This document shows positions 12,354 through 26,380 of a DNA stretch of 64,000 nt, piece after piece; the first letter of the stretch is position 1; each line of letters starts with the position of its first letter. The notes beneath the pieces are model-generated. The model ran no database searches. It was not told the DNA's origin and saw nothing but the letters and a program-made list of their open reading frames with translations. The DNA lies in the NCBI RefSeq assembly GCF_006345805.1, contig NC_043005.1:69750001-69814000 (forward strand), given 5' to 3'. The DNA comes from Octopus sinensis (Eukaryota). Position numbers and translations under genes: made by a program.

Positions 12354-12757
12354 GTCGTCATAGATGGCCGTGGTTGAAATAGAACATGCTGAATACAAAT
12401 AACTACCGTTACTCCCACATGGAATTTAAAGTATGTGAACGGATACAAAGAGCCCTTACAATTATGTTAGATTTAAATTTAGCTTTTTTTCTTTTGCATA
12501 ACTAATGAGTTATGAACAAAGAAAACCTCTTTGAATTATATGTGCCAAATTATGCTATATAGAGAGATTTGTAAATGTTTCTTTCTCTTCTGAAAACAAT
12601 GCTTCTAATATTATGTAAATAATATATCTACGAGCGCATTCATGACAGCGTTATATTTTTATGTGCTGTCGGGGTATCCACACTATTGCACGCTATGCAG
12701 TAAAAATATTTATGCATTCGTCATATTCAACATTAAATACTAAGTATAAGTTTTATA

Positions 12758-13050
12758 GTGGAGACTCATTGCCTAGTGGTTAGAGCAGTGAACTCGTGGT
12801 CGAGGAGTTTCAGACCGGGCGATGTCCGTGTTAATGAGCGAAACGCCTAAGATCCACGCGCCTCCAGCAGAAGATCATGGCAAACCTCTGCTGATTCATT
12901 CGCCACAACGTTCTCTCATTCTTTCCTCTTGCATCAAGCAGCGCACCTGCGACGGACTGACGTCCCGTCCAGGTGGGGAACCTATACCCCATTGAAACCG
13001 CGAGAGCGTCCTTTATAAACCAGGCATAGCTCGATAAGGAACAAACAACA
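12758..13050 (+). mobile_element. tRNA-derived SINE family C, diverged copy
   Basis: A-box-like ttgcctagtgg and cagaccgggcg...gagcgaaac shared with the 19310 and 7868 copies. Confidence 0.7.
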
Positions 13051-14555
13051 TAGATTCTATGTTATATGATCTGATTTCGTTTCTAATTAAATAATGGTAT
13101 AAAAAAGTTACAACCACGCCCTCACTATCATTATATTTATTTCGTCTTAATTATTTCTGGCCTTTCCTAGTCAACGTCGGGCCGAGTTAATAATCCTCTT
13201 TAACATTTAAGCCCATAGTTTGATTTGAACTTCAGTTTCCTTGTTCATCAGTTATCGTAGCTGTGAGTTAATTAACATACACTTTATTGCCATAGTCATC
13301 ATTATTTTAAGGCGGTTACGTATAATTTGAGGGGCATATGGCTGTTGTATTTACTAGTTAGAACAACATTTGTTATTCATCGCCAATAATGAAACTTTTG
13401 ATTTCAAATATCATAGTATATTTTCAATCTTTAGTTAGTTTTAAAGATTCGTTTGTCATTATATGGATTACACACCAATATGTATGATACTATTAATACA
13501 ACACCCGCAAACGTTCTAATATGTTAAATTATAGTTGCCAACTTTGATAACATTTTCAGATAATCTAAATGTTTTGAATATATAGTGTCATATTTTCTGA
13601 TGCGTTTATTTTGGAATCTTCTACAATTTCCCTCCCAGCAATCTGTATTCAAATTGATATTGATACAACGTAAGGAGTAGAATGATATGTGTAATTTTAT
13701 ATAGTGCTACGTTCTTCGAGCTGAACAAACTAAACAGCAGAGGTCAAATAAATATTGCTATTGTTTGTGCAGAATATATTGCCTTTTAACAAAAAGAATA
13801 GCTCGTAGACAAAATGTGTAGCTTCTGTTAAGATGCAGGTATAACTTTTACAATGCTTCACTTTTGTAAACTCATCATTATCATTTCTCTCCTTACTATA
13901 TATACATACGAGCATGAATGTATACATACATACATGCGTACGTACAGCATACAAAAAATCTTGAAATTCTGTGTCATCATGATCTGATATTAGCAATTCT
14001 GAAACTACACGATAATACAGGGTGGCAAAATTTTGTTAGGAAATCATTTTCTACTAACGTTAGCAGCAAAACTGAGATAATCGACTCCACATCTGTCGAC
14101 ATTGATATAATGAACTGTAGCAAACATAATGAATGTTATAAAACCAAAATACTGAACTATAATGAAAAATTAGCATAAAGACAACAAAAGCAAAAGAAAG
14201 ACAATGGTTTACACTATTCATCCTATAATTTATTTCATATTATTTCTATTAACAGCACACACACATACGCCAGAATGGAAAACTAGTTGCGGTATGTATG
14301 AAGAGAGAGTATGACCTGATATGTATGTTCATAGTGTTGGAGCTGCCAATTAGCTTCACTTAGTTCTTGACACATCTTGATGGAAAATTTTAATTAATAC
14401 AAATTGTTACCTTTTAAAATTTATGGCCATCTATCCTGTGACGTTTCTGTTAATTTCATTACAATATTTATGACACTGTAATACAGTTACGTTTTTATTT
14501 GTTTTTAATATTTGTGAATATTAGAAATGTTGCATACGATAAATGAAATAATAAT

Positions 14556-14561
14556 AAAATA

Positions 14562-14631
<70 letters not shown>

Positions 14632-14638
14632 TATAATA

Positions 14639-14682
<44 letters not shown>

Positions 14683-14746
14683 TATGAGGATGAGGATGAT
14701 AATGATGATGAGGATGAGGATGAGGATGATGATGATGATGATGATG

Positions 14747-14791
<45 letters not shown>

Positions 14792-14811
14792 TAATAATAA
14801 TAATAATGATG

Positions 14812-14865
<54 letters not shown>
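14556..14865. repeat. Compound (TAA)n-(TGA)n-(TGAGGA)-(TAA)n microsatellite
   Basis: Direct reading; explains the poly-I/Y/H ORFs. Confidence 0.95.
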
Positions 14866-14866
<1 letters not shown>

Positions 14867-15995
14867 AGAAAGCAGAGATGATAAGATACGACCAAAAAAT
14901 GAAGGGTTACCACCGAAATGGGTTATCCAGGGTAGATCAGAAGAGATTCTATAAAAAAATAAATGGAGAGTGTACAGATGAAAAGTTGATACCATATAAC
15001 ATTGAAGGTCAAATGTTTTGGAGTGACATCTGGAGCAAAGACAAGGATCACAAGAAGGATGCTGAATAGCTGCAAGAACAGAAATAAACAGTAGTCTGTC
15101 CCAAAACAGGCAGAACTATTAATTTTAGTTAGAAAAGTGAAGGAAAGAAACAAAAAAAAAATGAGCAACTGGAAGGTCCAGGGACTAGATGGGGTTCAAA
15201 GCTACTGGATCAAAAGATTTGGCGAATGCCATGCAGAAATATTTGCGCAAAACTACACCTTGTTAAATGCTGACCAAGTAATACCAGAGTAGTTGACATT
15301 GGGTAGGACAGTGCTGTGCTTGAAAAACATTGAAAAAGGCAATACGGTAGACAATTACAGGCCGATAAACTGCTTGCCAATTATGTGGAAGTTACTGAAT
15401 AGAATACTCGCAGGGCCAATGTTCGAACATCTGGAAACAATGGAGTCCTGCCACATGAGCAGAAGGTTTGCAAGCGTGAGTACAGAGGTAAAGGATCAAC
15501 TCCTGATGGAGAAAACGGTACTCAGAGACTGTAGAAGGAAGAAAACTAACGTAGCCATGTCATGGATCGACTATCGTAAGGTGTAGGATATGATCCAACA
15601 TTCTTGGATTATGGAGTGTATTAACATATCTGGTATTGCATCGATGTTGAGAGATTGCTAGGAAAAAGTATGGCGAATTGGAGGACGGACCTGACAGCAT
15701 ACGGAAGAAGTTTAGGGACAGTAGAAATTAGGACGGGCATCTTCCAAGGGGACTGCCTTTCCCCACTGATCTTTGTACTCCGCTTGATACCACTAACACT
15801 GATTCTGAGGAAGCAGAATCTCGATATGCATTCAAAAGACGCCAGCAGAAAGTCAATAATCTGTTATTCATTGATGACCTCAAGATTTATGTTAATGATG
15901 AATCGCAAGTCAGTTCCTTCGTAGTTGCGATGGATAATTTCAGTGATGATATCACAATGGAGTTCAGTCTAATAAAGTGTGGTACGTTAGTCTTC
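14866..15995 (+). mobile_element. R4/Dong-type LINE, reverse transcriptase fragment
   Basis: Starts directly after (TAA)n. Motifs across frames: DQKRFYKKING, GRTVLCLK..NYRPINCLPIMWKLL, KDQLL..WIDYRK, GIFQGDCLSPLIF, NNLLFIDDLKIY, MEFSLIKC. Confidence 0.88.
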
Positions 15996-16344
15996 AAGAG
16001 AAGCAAAAATATACGTGTGTCAATAGTGAAATGTCATATGATATGCTATTTTGTAATATATTACAAGAATGCAAACAATATTTCAATAACTAAAAGAAAA
16101 AGTGCTACGTTATATTGCAGTTGTGAATGGAATAAGATTATGGTTTTGAGAATACAGCTGAGCTTCTGTTTACAAATATTATTCATTCCAAATTGTTCGC
16201 ATACAGAAAAACATTTCTCACAGGGAATTTAAAACAAGGCACGGCAAATTCGTGCAGGAATATGCACTGAGAAAAAACTAGACAACAACTAACGCTCTCC
16301 GCTGACTCTCCCGGCTCAGTGCGAACCTTTGCTGTCAGCTAGCG

Positions 16345-16360
16345 TGTTACACTAGTTACA

Positions 16361-16440
<80 letters not shown>

Positions 16441-16559
16441 ATATATATATATATGTATATATGTATATATATATATATGTATATATTTATATATATATAT
16501 GTATATATATGTATGTATATGTGTATATATATCTATATATGTATATATATATGTATATG

Positions 16560-16631
<72 letters not shown>

Positions 16632-16632
16632 G
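16345..16632. repeat. (TA)n/(TATG) microsatellite
   Basis: Direct reading. Confidence 0.95.
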
Positions 16633-17240
16633 TTAAACCCACCCAAAAAAAAGAACGAATAAAACAACATAAGACAAAAACAACAACGTTGGGACGTGAA
16701 GAAATTATTAGCGGATGCTCAGGGAACGAAAGAAAGGTAGCTTTACGTTCCGTGCAAAGCTCTTCTTAAAAACAGGTGACACAGGAAAATCCAAGAGGAA
16801 AAGTAGACGGAGGAAAAATCGCCAACAATCTACATGTGTTTACATTTTGAAAATTTATATATATATATATATATATTTATTATTTAAAAATAGGATAAAT
16901 TCTTCATACGGAATTTATCAAGTAGTTAGCGTGAAAAAACTCATACTAGAAAATATCCATCAATTCTATTTATTTTAGAAGTTTTGACTACTAGATCCCC
17001 TAGCGTGTGGCAATTAAGTGTAATAATGCCCTGACCGCATGTGTACCGTTGGCGATTTTTTTCCTCTGTCTTCCCTTCTCTGGATCTTTCCTTCTCCTAT
17101 GTTTTCGACGAAGAGCTCCGCTCGAAACTTTAAATCCTCCTTCTTTCCTTCTTTCCTGAGCGTCCAATAATACTATATTTGTTCCACGTCCTCGCGTTGT
17201 TGTGTTTCTTTTTGTGCTTTCTTTTTGGGATTAACTATAT
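16632..17240. mobile_element. Inverted pair of Penelope-like terminal repeats carrying hammerhead-like relics
   Basis: 16632-16840 aligns to the reverse complement of 17035-17240. Each arm has a decayed CUGANGA..stem..GAAAC motif. (TA)n flanks both sides. Confidence 0.6.
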
Positions 17241-17261
17241 ATATACATATATATATATATA

Positions 17262-17586
17262 AGAAGAATGTTTATGATAATGAACACGTTACAATTATAA
17301 CTAAGAGGGTTTCAAAACACTTACATGTTTAGAAATAGCAGTCAAAACCATTATAAAGCCATTTAAATAGGTCCCTAACATTGATAATGCAATAGGGAAT
17401 TAACTAGTTATATTCAAGATGTGGATTCTATTTGTCATGTTGCCCACAGAGAGCTTTTATAGTGAAATTAAATAATATGAGTGATTTAAATGGCGGTTTT
17501 GATTGCTAATGCTAAACATGTAAGGGTTTCGAAAACCTATTAGTTGTAATTGTAATTTTTTCATAATTAAAAACATTATTTTTCTA
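17262..17586. mobile_element. MITE-like element with ~100 bp inverted arms
   Basis: ttacaattataactaagagggtttcaaaacacttacatgtttag (17289 onward) is the inverted copy of ctaaacatgtaagggtttcgaaaacctattagttgtaattgtaa (ending 17555). Confidence 0.7.
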
Positions 17587-19309
17587 TGTATTTAATGATA
17601 ACGTTTGGCCATTGATATATTCGTTAATAATTTTAGTTGTTTATAATATATGCACCGTAATGTATTTTTACATTACTTTTTAACTATATATACATACATA
17701 CACACACATACACACACACACAATATATATATATATATCTTTAACCCGGAGTAATTTGTGGATTCTCCTGAGGAGAAACAAAACCTTACTGAGTAAATTT
17801 CGAAATTATATGATAGGGTCTTATCAAATTATTTTATTCATCGTGCCTTATCTGGTTGGATAAAGTTTTTGTAACTTGCCGCTCGCAGTCCTTTGAACAT
17901 CTCATGAGGTTGGTGATTGTGTGTCGCTATTCGAGTTACATATGTTATCTCTTATTTCTAGAAATTCTAGGTGCTATCTTGCGTCCTCATCTATGTATTC
18001 TACCTTTTAGGCTTTTAATTGCTTTAGTGATCTATATTATAACGTATTCAATACATCATATAATTAAATTATCGTTATAATATCTTATTGCATGTATGTT
18101 TATATATATGTGTGTGTGTGTGTCTGTGCTTGAGTCTGTGTATGTGTGTGTGTGTCTGAGTGTGTGGGTGGGTGTACTCACTTAAGATTCTCACTTTTTA
18201 ATTCTTACTTTCACACATTAGCAGGGTTCCTAGTTTTCAGTAGGCAGGGACCATGAGATAAAGACACTAAAATATTTGATTATAGAACCATTTACGAGAC
18301 TATATAATAGGAAGCAAATACGATATCCTTGTATATCTTATTCAATGTTCTAATCAATAAATGAAATAATTATATAGAATTTCATAATGTCAGCTTAGTT
18401 GAAAATTAAAGTTTTACTTTTCCAGCGTGTTTAGGCTATCTGATATGTTTTATAACACTTCTGTTTTTCATTTTCTTTTTCTCTTTCCAAGTGATATCCA
18501 ATACTCAATAATAATTTAATAATAAAGCAAAGCATATACCGAATCACAGATTGAAACAAAATTAATAAGTATTTAAATACATCAAACTTAGCTGCTTTAT
18601 ACGGCAGTTTGTTTATAATTCACTGTTTCCTTACCCTGAAATAGCATTCTAGATAATAAAAAAAATCAGCGCGCAATTTGGAAAAATATATAAAATCAAA
18701 AACGAATAATATTAAATCTTATTTTTTTCTCATTATGAAACTGAGAACTAACAAAGCCAAAAAACAAAAGATAATAATAATAATGCAATTCTGAATGACT
18801 CATTTGACAAGAATAGGAAAGAACATCATCTATTCGCGTAATCATAACATCACATGTGAGAGTTTAGAAAGGGGTGAAGAGCCTATAATTCGCAAAAGTT
18901 CTTTCAGTGAACGTAAAGTTTATATGCTGCAATGAAGGACCAAAATTATTTTTGATGGTATTCATTGTTGCGTTACCACTCTGTTAGATGCTAACTACTA
19001 CAAATGTGAAAAATACTACATAAAGCGTCTTTTTTATGACTTCCCAGAACGAGGCCATCCGTTCACCTTTTCAGTAAAAAGCAACAAGAGGCAACGCAGT
19101 CGATCCATCCTTTACTGGAAGATCGAGAATATATTGCACAGTCTGTGGTATTTGGACAGCCTTAAACACATGCACATATATTTCAAGACAATTAGATTTG
19201 AGCTTACATTTCAATAATTAGAAGGGTAAGTTCAAGGGTCACGAAAACCAATACCGCAGACGATATCTGTGTTATTTTAATCCCTTCTACAGCTCAATAT
19301 TAGTAGGTA

Positions 19310-19695
19310 GTGGAGGCGCAATGGCCCAGTGGTTAGGGCAGCGGACTCGCAGTCGTAGGATCGCGGTTTCGATTCCCAGACCGGGCGTTGTGAGTGTTTA
19401 TTGAGCGAAAACACCTAAAAGCTCCACGAGGCTATAGCAGGGATGGTGGTGATCCCTGCTGTACTCTTTCACCACAACTTTCTCTCACTCTTACTTCCTG
19501 TTTCTGTTGTACCTGTATTTCAAAGGGCCGGCCTTGTCACTCTCTGTGTCACGCTGAATATCCCTGAGAACTACGTTAAGGGTACACGTGTCTGTGGAGT
19601 GCTCAGCCACTTACACGTTAATTTTACGAGCAGGCTGTTCTGTTGATCGGATCAACCAGAACCCTCGTCGTCGTAACCGACGGAGTGCTTCCCTC
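19310..19695 (+). mobile_element. tRNA-derived SINE family C, full length with target-site duplication
   Basis: A box tggcccagtgg, B box gtttcgattcc, and an 11-bp TSD attagtaggta at 19299-19309 and 19704-19714. Confidence 0.9.
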
Positions 19696-20704
19696 TCTAA
19701 AAAATTAGTAGGTAATCGGTGCAAATGCATTTCGGTTGAATACAGTCGAGAGGAAGTCATAACATAATGATCTTACAAGACCTCGTGTCACAACAAATAG
19801 GAGCATAATCCAAAAATGTCTTCCGTTACTGAGTGTCGAAAAAATGTCTAATTATTCTAATTAATAACAATATTAACTATTCGACATGTCGCCACAGAGT
19901 AAGTGAGTATTTTATAATTAAATCAGCATCAAAAGGAAGAAAATCAGCAGTGGCATCAGCAAATCATGGTAGACGACGTTGCTAAATGAAAAGTAAAAGT
20001 TTCTCATTCGACGTTGTAAAGGATTCCGTTGGTTTGCATTCCAGGAGTTCAAAACGAAGACATGGAGCTCTCTGCTGCAGATTTGACCACAAATTAACAG
20101 TTAGTAGTATATCCTAAAAGAGAATTCGGGTTTCACAGTGAAGTTACATTTTCATTTTAGCGTTCGTGAAATAGTTTCTCTCTTATCAGGTAAGGCGATG
20201 GTCTTTTCCATATAAAAAATAATAAATAAATACTACAGAAGTATTTGCTCTTCAGTTTAGAACACCGATTCATTGTTTATATCTGTATATAGATATGAGG
20301 CATGGATATTAATTAATACGTCTACAAATAACGTATACATATATAAATACATACATACTTGCACACATCACACGGATATGCACACACACAAACACATATG
20401 CGTTTGTGTGTATGTCGACGATACTTTCTCGTAGTACGAGAAAGATCGTTCTGTGATTTCATGCCGAACAGTCTGCACAGATGATTTGTTTATAGTGATA
20501 AGATATATGTGCTGCACATTAGCTGAAACCCTCCATCAAATCGACGTTTCCTGGTGTAGCGCAGGCCAGGTGTTGGAATCCTCGCAGAAAAGTGTAAGAT
20601 TGAAGTTGTTTGCCTACATCTTTTCCAAGAAATGGAACTACGATCTCGCAATTATGAGTGCAATACACCAAGCTCTAGGCCATGTACCGTTGGCATATAT
20701 ACAT

Positions 20705-21100
20705 TTTTACTCTTTTAATCTTTTACTTGTTTCAGTCATTTGACTGCAGCCATGCTGGACCACTGCCTTCAGTCGAGCAATTCAATCCGAGGACTTACTC
20801 TTTGTAAGCCAAGTACTTATTCTATCGGCCTCTTTCGCCGAACCGGTAAGTTAAGGAAAGGTAAACACACCAACATCTGTTGTCAAGCGATGTTGGGAGG
20901 ACAAACACAGACACACAAACATATTCACACACATATATATATACACATATATTCGACGGACGTCTTTCAGTTTCCGTCTACCAAATCTACTCACAAGCTT
21001 TTGGTCGGCCCGAGGCTACAGTAGAAAACACTTGCCTACGGTACCACATACTGGAAATGAACCCGGAACCATGTGGTTGGTAAAGAAGCTACTTACCACG
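20705..21100 (-). mobile_element. tRNA-derived SINE family A, full length
   Basis: tRNA-like head at the right end, internal (CA/TA) tract, and a tail cttgtttcagtcatttgactgcagccatgctgg related to the CR1 3' end. Confidence 0.85.
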
Positions 21101-21840
21101 CTGAAACTCCTACCCCCCTCTTTCTCTCTCTCTCTCTCTATATATATCTACATGTATATATGTGTGTATCTCTGTATCTGTGTCTGTGTGTCTGTCTGTG
21201 TTTTTTTCTGTATGCGTAATAATGCCAGGAATAAAAACAGTGATGAAGGAAGGAAAACTTAAAATAAGAAATGAAAAAGGAGAAATAGGAAAGAGAATCG
21301 AAAAGTATGAAGAAAATGTAGAAAAACGTGAGTAGTTGAGAAAGAAAAAAATTATATCGTTTCGATTTAAACTATTGCCGGATATTTCAGCTGTAATCGT
21401 TAATTCGAAAACTTAATTGCCACAGACAATTAATTAATTATTAATACACAGAAAATTAATCAATAGAATGATGTCATTAATATAGGTCGAATATATTATG
21501 TAGGAAAAAGAACGATGATTTACAGCGTAAGCACAAATATTCGTATGCACGCGTATCTATATGTGTGTGCGTGTATTTATGTATACGTGTGTGTATGTGC
21601 GTATTCATATATGTACATATATACATACAAATATGAACACAAAGCATTAAGTGTATGTGCATGTAAAGTGCATGTGTGCGTGTGAGAGCGCCACTCTGTG
21701 TGTGTGTTTACGCACCTACTCAACCAGACTTAGGCGGAAGCACACATATATTTGGGTAGATAGATGTGAAGCTTTTTATTATTATTTTAGTCATCTGAAC
21801 ACGCTTTATTTCTGCACTTCTGTGGTCATGCAAAATATAT

Positions 21841-22072
21841 ATTTCTTTACTACCCACAAGGGTCTAAACACAGAGGGGACAAACAAGGACAGACAAACGG
21901 ATTAAGTCGATTACATCGACCCCAGTACGTAACTGGTACTTTATTTATCGACCCCGAAAGGATGAACGGCAAAGTTGACCTCGGCGGAGTTTGAATTCAG
22001 AACGTAACGGCAGACGAAATACGGCTATGCATTTCGCCCGGCGTGCTAACGTTTCTGCCAGCTTGCCGCCTT
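21841..22072 (-). mobile_element. SINE family B
   Basis: End-to-end match to 3965-4188. Confidence 0.85.
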
Positions 22073-22701
22073 GTAGTCATCCAAAATATAGCCGTTGTGG
22101 AAATAATACAGAAGTTTACTGAATTCCATGTGCTGCTCTACCAACACTATAGAATTTGGACAAAGCTGAGAAAAAGGTTTTGTCGGAAATTTCCCAAAAT
22201 TAAGTCAAAGTGCTTTTATATTCTGTAAAGCTATGATTTTAAAAATGTGACATGACGAGGTCTACATTAACTTTTGAGTTCTGGAATTATAACAAATTTA
22301 AAAACATATTATTATTAAAGTACACACAGCATTAAATACTTTTCAGTGATTTGAGATGTTATCTCTTTAAATTCGCTAATTAAAACAGAAATCAGCTAAC
22401 TAGTAAATTATTCATTTTATCGTGTTAAATTGTTTAATTAAATGTTTTGCATTAAGGTGTCAAATAGTGTTCACTGTACTGCAAACTCTAAACATTAAAT
22501 TTAGAAATTAACGCCATGGAATTCAACAAGGCTTAGTTGAAGGCAGGAAAGATTCACGCACCTCTTTCAACCTGTCAAAAATTGATGAGAAAATAAACCT
22601 TCTTCCAATTCGCATATATGCAGCATCTAATTGTGTATCGGTTACATCGAAGCCTATACTGAAAACAATTCCAGCTTTAAACAACCAAATTATACTCAAG
22701 C

Positions 22702-22902
22702 AAGGCGGCGAGCTGGTAGAAAGTTTAGCACGCAGGGCGAAATGCATAGAAGTATTTCGTCTGCCGCTACGTTCTGAGTTCAAATTCCGCTGAGGTCGAC
22801 TTTCCTTTTCATCCTTTCGGAGTCAATTAAATGAGTGCCAGTTACACACAGGGATCGATATAATCGACTTAATCCCATTTGTCTGTCCTTGTTTTTCCCC
22901 TC
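22702..22902 (+). mobile_element. SINE family B
   Basis: aaggcggcgagctggtagaa...gttctgagttcaaattcc...ttcatcctttcgg. Confidence 0.85.
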
Positions 22903-22930
22903 GATTTATATATATATATAAATATATATG

Positions 22931-22962
<32 letters not shown>

Positions 22963-22965
22963 ATA

Positions 22966-23122
22966 AGGTTTCTTTCAATTTCCGTCTGCCAAATCCACTT
23001 ACAAATCTTTGGTGGGACCGTTGCTACAGTAGAAGACAGAAGATAGATGTTCAAAGTACCACGCAGTGGGACTGAGCCTGGAATCACGTGTTTTGTGAAG
23101 CAAGCTTCTTGGACACCTATGC
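22966..23122 (-). mobile_element. SINE family A, 5' half
   Basis: tttcaatttccgtctgccaaatccact...cgcagtgggactgagcc matches 20960-21100. Confidence 0.8.
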
Positions 23123-24157
23123 ATGTCTGAATGCGTGTAAGTATTGGTGAGTGTGTCGTTTTGTCAACATATGTGTAGGTGTTCTTTATTAAAACATTTT
23201 CGTAATAATCATTTTCGCCGTTTCATGCTGTTCACGTCAGCATAAATAAATTGGCAAGTATCATATAACAACACAATTATTCATTCATGCATTTTTATTG
23301 GCAAGCTGCTAAAACGTAAAGGAAATCACGATTCCCACTGTGTCATGTTCAGAATCCGTGGTGAGGATCCGAGTCGGAAGTTTTCTTCCTCTGTCATACA
23401 GCATTGTGTTCTGCTGTCGTTGAATATACACTGCATGTGTACGAACAATACCTACGTTCATCTTTCACCTCCAACCCGTCATTTATTACCTACATAACCA
23501 ACTATACACACGTCATGTACATTTGCTTTCATAGTAAAAGCATAAAAAACTGCTCATTCTGCCAAATTGCCAAATTTCTCACCACGCAAGTTGCTGCTGA
23601 GACCAATACCACAAGCATAATTTATGAGACGATCCTTGACCGTAAATATTATCACATTCATCAAAATCAAAATCATAGGCTACCTTTCCAAAGGGCTACT
23701 CGTTTTTTTTGCGCGTGCTCCCCCACCTGTCTTTCTTTCGGTCTTTTTTCCCTATCTTTTCCGTCCTCTTACCCATAGTCACCACCAACCAAACGCATTT
23801 CTTGAAATTTGTCTCATATCTCACTATAATGAATCATCTCATATTTTAATCGTCAGCATGAAAATTACTTACACACACACTCACAAAATCACACATCCAT
23901 ACAGACGTTCATTTGCATATAGACGTATATGTACACCCACGCACGATCAAGCACACACACATTGGTATCAATTCCAATATATATATATATGTATGTGCGT
24001 ATATATGTATATATATATACGTGCGTGAGTGTGTGTGTATGTATGTGCATATTATTATATATATGTATATTTATATGCATATGGATGTGCATGTATATAT
24101 ATGTGAGTATGTATGTATGCTTATTTCCTCCAGCTGGTTAACGACATATAAATACAT

Positions 24158-24326
24158 ATATACGACGGGCTTCTTTCAGTTTCCGTCTACCAAATCCACA
24201 CACAAGGCTTTGGTCAGCCCGAGGCTATAGTAGAAGACATTTGTCCAAGGTGCCACGCAGTGTAAATGAACCTGGAACCATGTGGTTGCTAAACAAGGTA
24301 CTTACCACACAGCCACTCCCGCATCT
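24158..24326 (-). mobile_element. SINE family A, 5' half
   Basis: cgacgggcttctttcagtttccgtctaccaaatccac...cttaccacacagccac. Confidence 0.85.
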
Positions 24327-24329
24327 ATT

Positions 24330-24347
24330 AACGCCATGGAATATATA

Positions 24348-24414
<67 letters not shown>

Positions 24415-24429
24415 CATACATATAGATAG

Positions 24430-24505
<76 letters not shown>

Positions 24506-25107
24506 CATACATACATACATACATACATACAAAGAAAAGCAGGAAAAATGCTGCTGCATAATTTAACGCCAACATGTATTATAAATTAAATAAAAATCAT
24601 AAACGTTAAATTAGAAACTTACACCTAAATAAAGGACCAATGTTTAGTCGATATTTTCTTTCATTGCTGATAACTATTTCTTTTGCGTATATTTTTGTCA
24701 GCTTTTATTTCCTTGAATTCCATAAAAGTGTTGTTATATGATTTGATAGGTTAAACAGGAAATAATATCATTCCTGCAGCGTGTTCAATAATTGGAGCTG
24801 CCTCGACAATTATGTGTCAAGTCTTTTGAGGTGACAGAGGTCAATAGTGTTACATTGACTTTCTAATGATGCTTCTGTTTGTCTCTACGTATTAGTAACA
24901 AACTGTGTGTGAACGTGTCAATGTTCTGATTGTAAACACGTCGATATACACACACACACACTCCTACATATGTAAGTATAACGGTCTTTATACCTATATA
25001 TGTATCTCTATATCTATATCTATATCTATCTATATACATATATACATATATACAGACGTACACACACCTCCACAGATAACCAAACAAACACACACACCTC
25101 ACCATAT

Positions 25108-25185
<78 letters not shown>

Positions 25186-25225
25186 CATACATATATATGT
25201 GTATGTATATATATATATATATTAT

Positions 25226-25269
<44 letters not shown>

Positions 25270-25295
25270 CATATATACATGTATATATATACATG

Positions 25296-25364
<69 letters not shown>

Positions 25365-25371
25365 CATACAT

Positions 25372-25456
<85 letters not shown>

Positions 25457-26053
25457 CATACATACATACATACATACATACAAAGAAAAGCAGGAAAAAT
25501 GCTGCTGCATAATTTAACGCCAACATGTATTATAAATTAAATAAAAATCATAAACGTTAAATTAGAAACTTACACCTAAATAAAGGACCAATGTTTAGTC
25601 GATATTTTCTTTCATTGCTGATAACTATTTCTTTTGCGTATATTTTTGTCAGCTTTTATTTCCTTGAATTCCATAAAAGTGTTGTTATATGATTTGATAG
25701 GTTAAACAGGAAATAATATCATTCCTGCAGCGTGTTCAATAATTGGAGCTGCCTCGACAATTATGTGTCAAGTCTTTTGAGGTGACAGAGGTCAATAGTG
25801 TTACATTGACTTTCTAATGATGCTTCTGTTTGTCTCTACGTATTAGTAACAAACTGTGTGTGAACGTGTCAATGTTCTGATTGTAAACACGTCGATATAC
25901 ACACACACACACTCCTACATATGTAAGTATAACGGTCTTTATACCTATATATGTATCTCTATATCTATATCTATATATCTATCTATATACATATATACAT
26001 ATATACAGACGTACACACACTCCACAGATAACCAAACAAACACACACACCTCA

Positions 26054-26116
<63 letters not shown>

Positions 26117-26170
26117 ATATGTATATATATATACATACATATATATGTGTATGTATATATTATATATATG

Positions 26171-26216
<46 letters not shown>

Positions 26217-26265
26217 CATATATACATGTATATATTACATGTATATATATATATATATTTATATT

Positions 26266-26312
<47 letters not shown>

Positions 26313-26332
26313 TATATATATATATATATATA

Positions 26333-26377
<45 letters not shown>

Positions 26378-26380
26378 TAG
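24330..26380. repeat. Near-identical tandem duplication with a ~950 bp period, bounded by (TA)n
   Basis: The unique core starting aaagaaaagcaggaaaaatgctgctgc occurs at 24531 and at 25482 and continues in parallel for more than 400 bp. Confidence 0.92.

Noticed and set aside
14495-14995. Long poly-L/Y/H/I ORFs, and similar YI-, MYVC- and HTYI-repeat ORFs at 16427-16769, 24302-26453, 38800-39417 and elsewhere
   Set aside because: They are translations of microsatellites with no coding signature
19310-19390. tRNA gene-like sequence (also 48818-48888 and the other SINE heads)
   Set aside because: It has A and B boxes but no complete cloverleaf or acceptor stem, and it continues into a SINE body with a TSD
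20161-20189. 29-nt micro-exon candidate (ttttag|...CAG|gtaagg); similar candidates at 36453-36525 and 46766-46788
   Set aside because: Splice-like signals are common in T-rich DNA, the peptides are too short to recognise, and they do not chain into a coherent gene
20419-20448. Short palindrome ctttctcgta-g-tacgagaaag
   Set aside because: It has only a 10-bp stem with a 1-nt loop and no context suggesting function
24330-26380. CRISPR-like or satellite array
   Set aside because: There are only two long units, no repeat-spacer periodicity, and the context is eukaryotic
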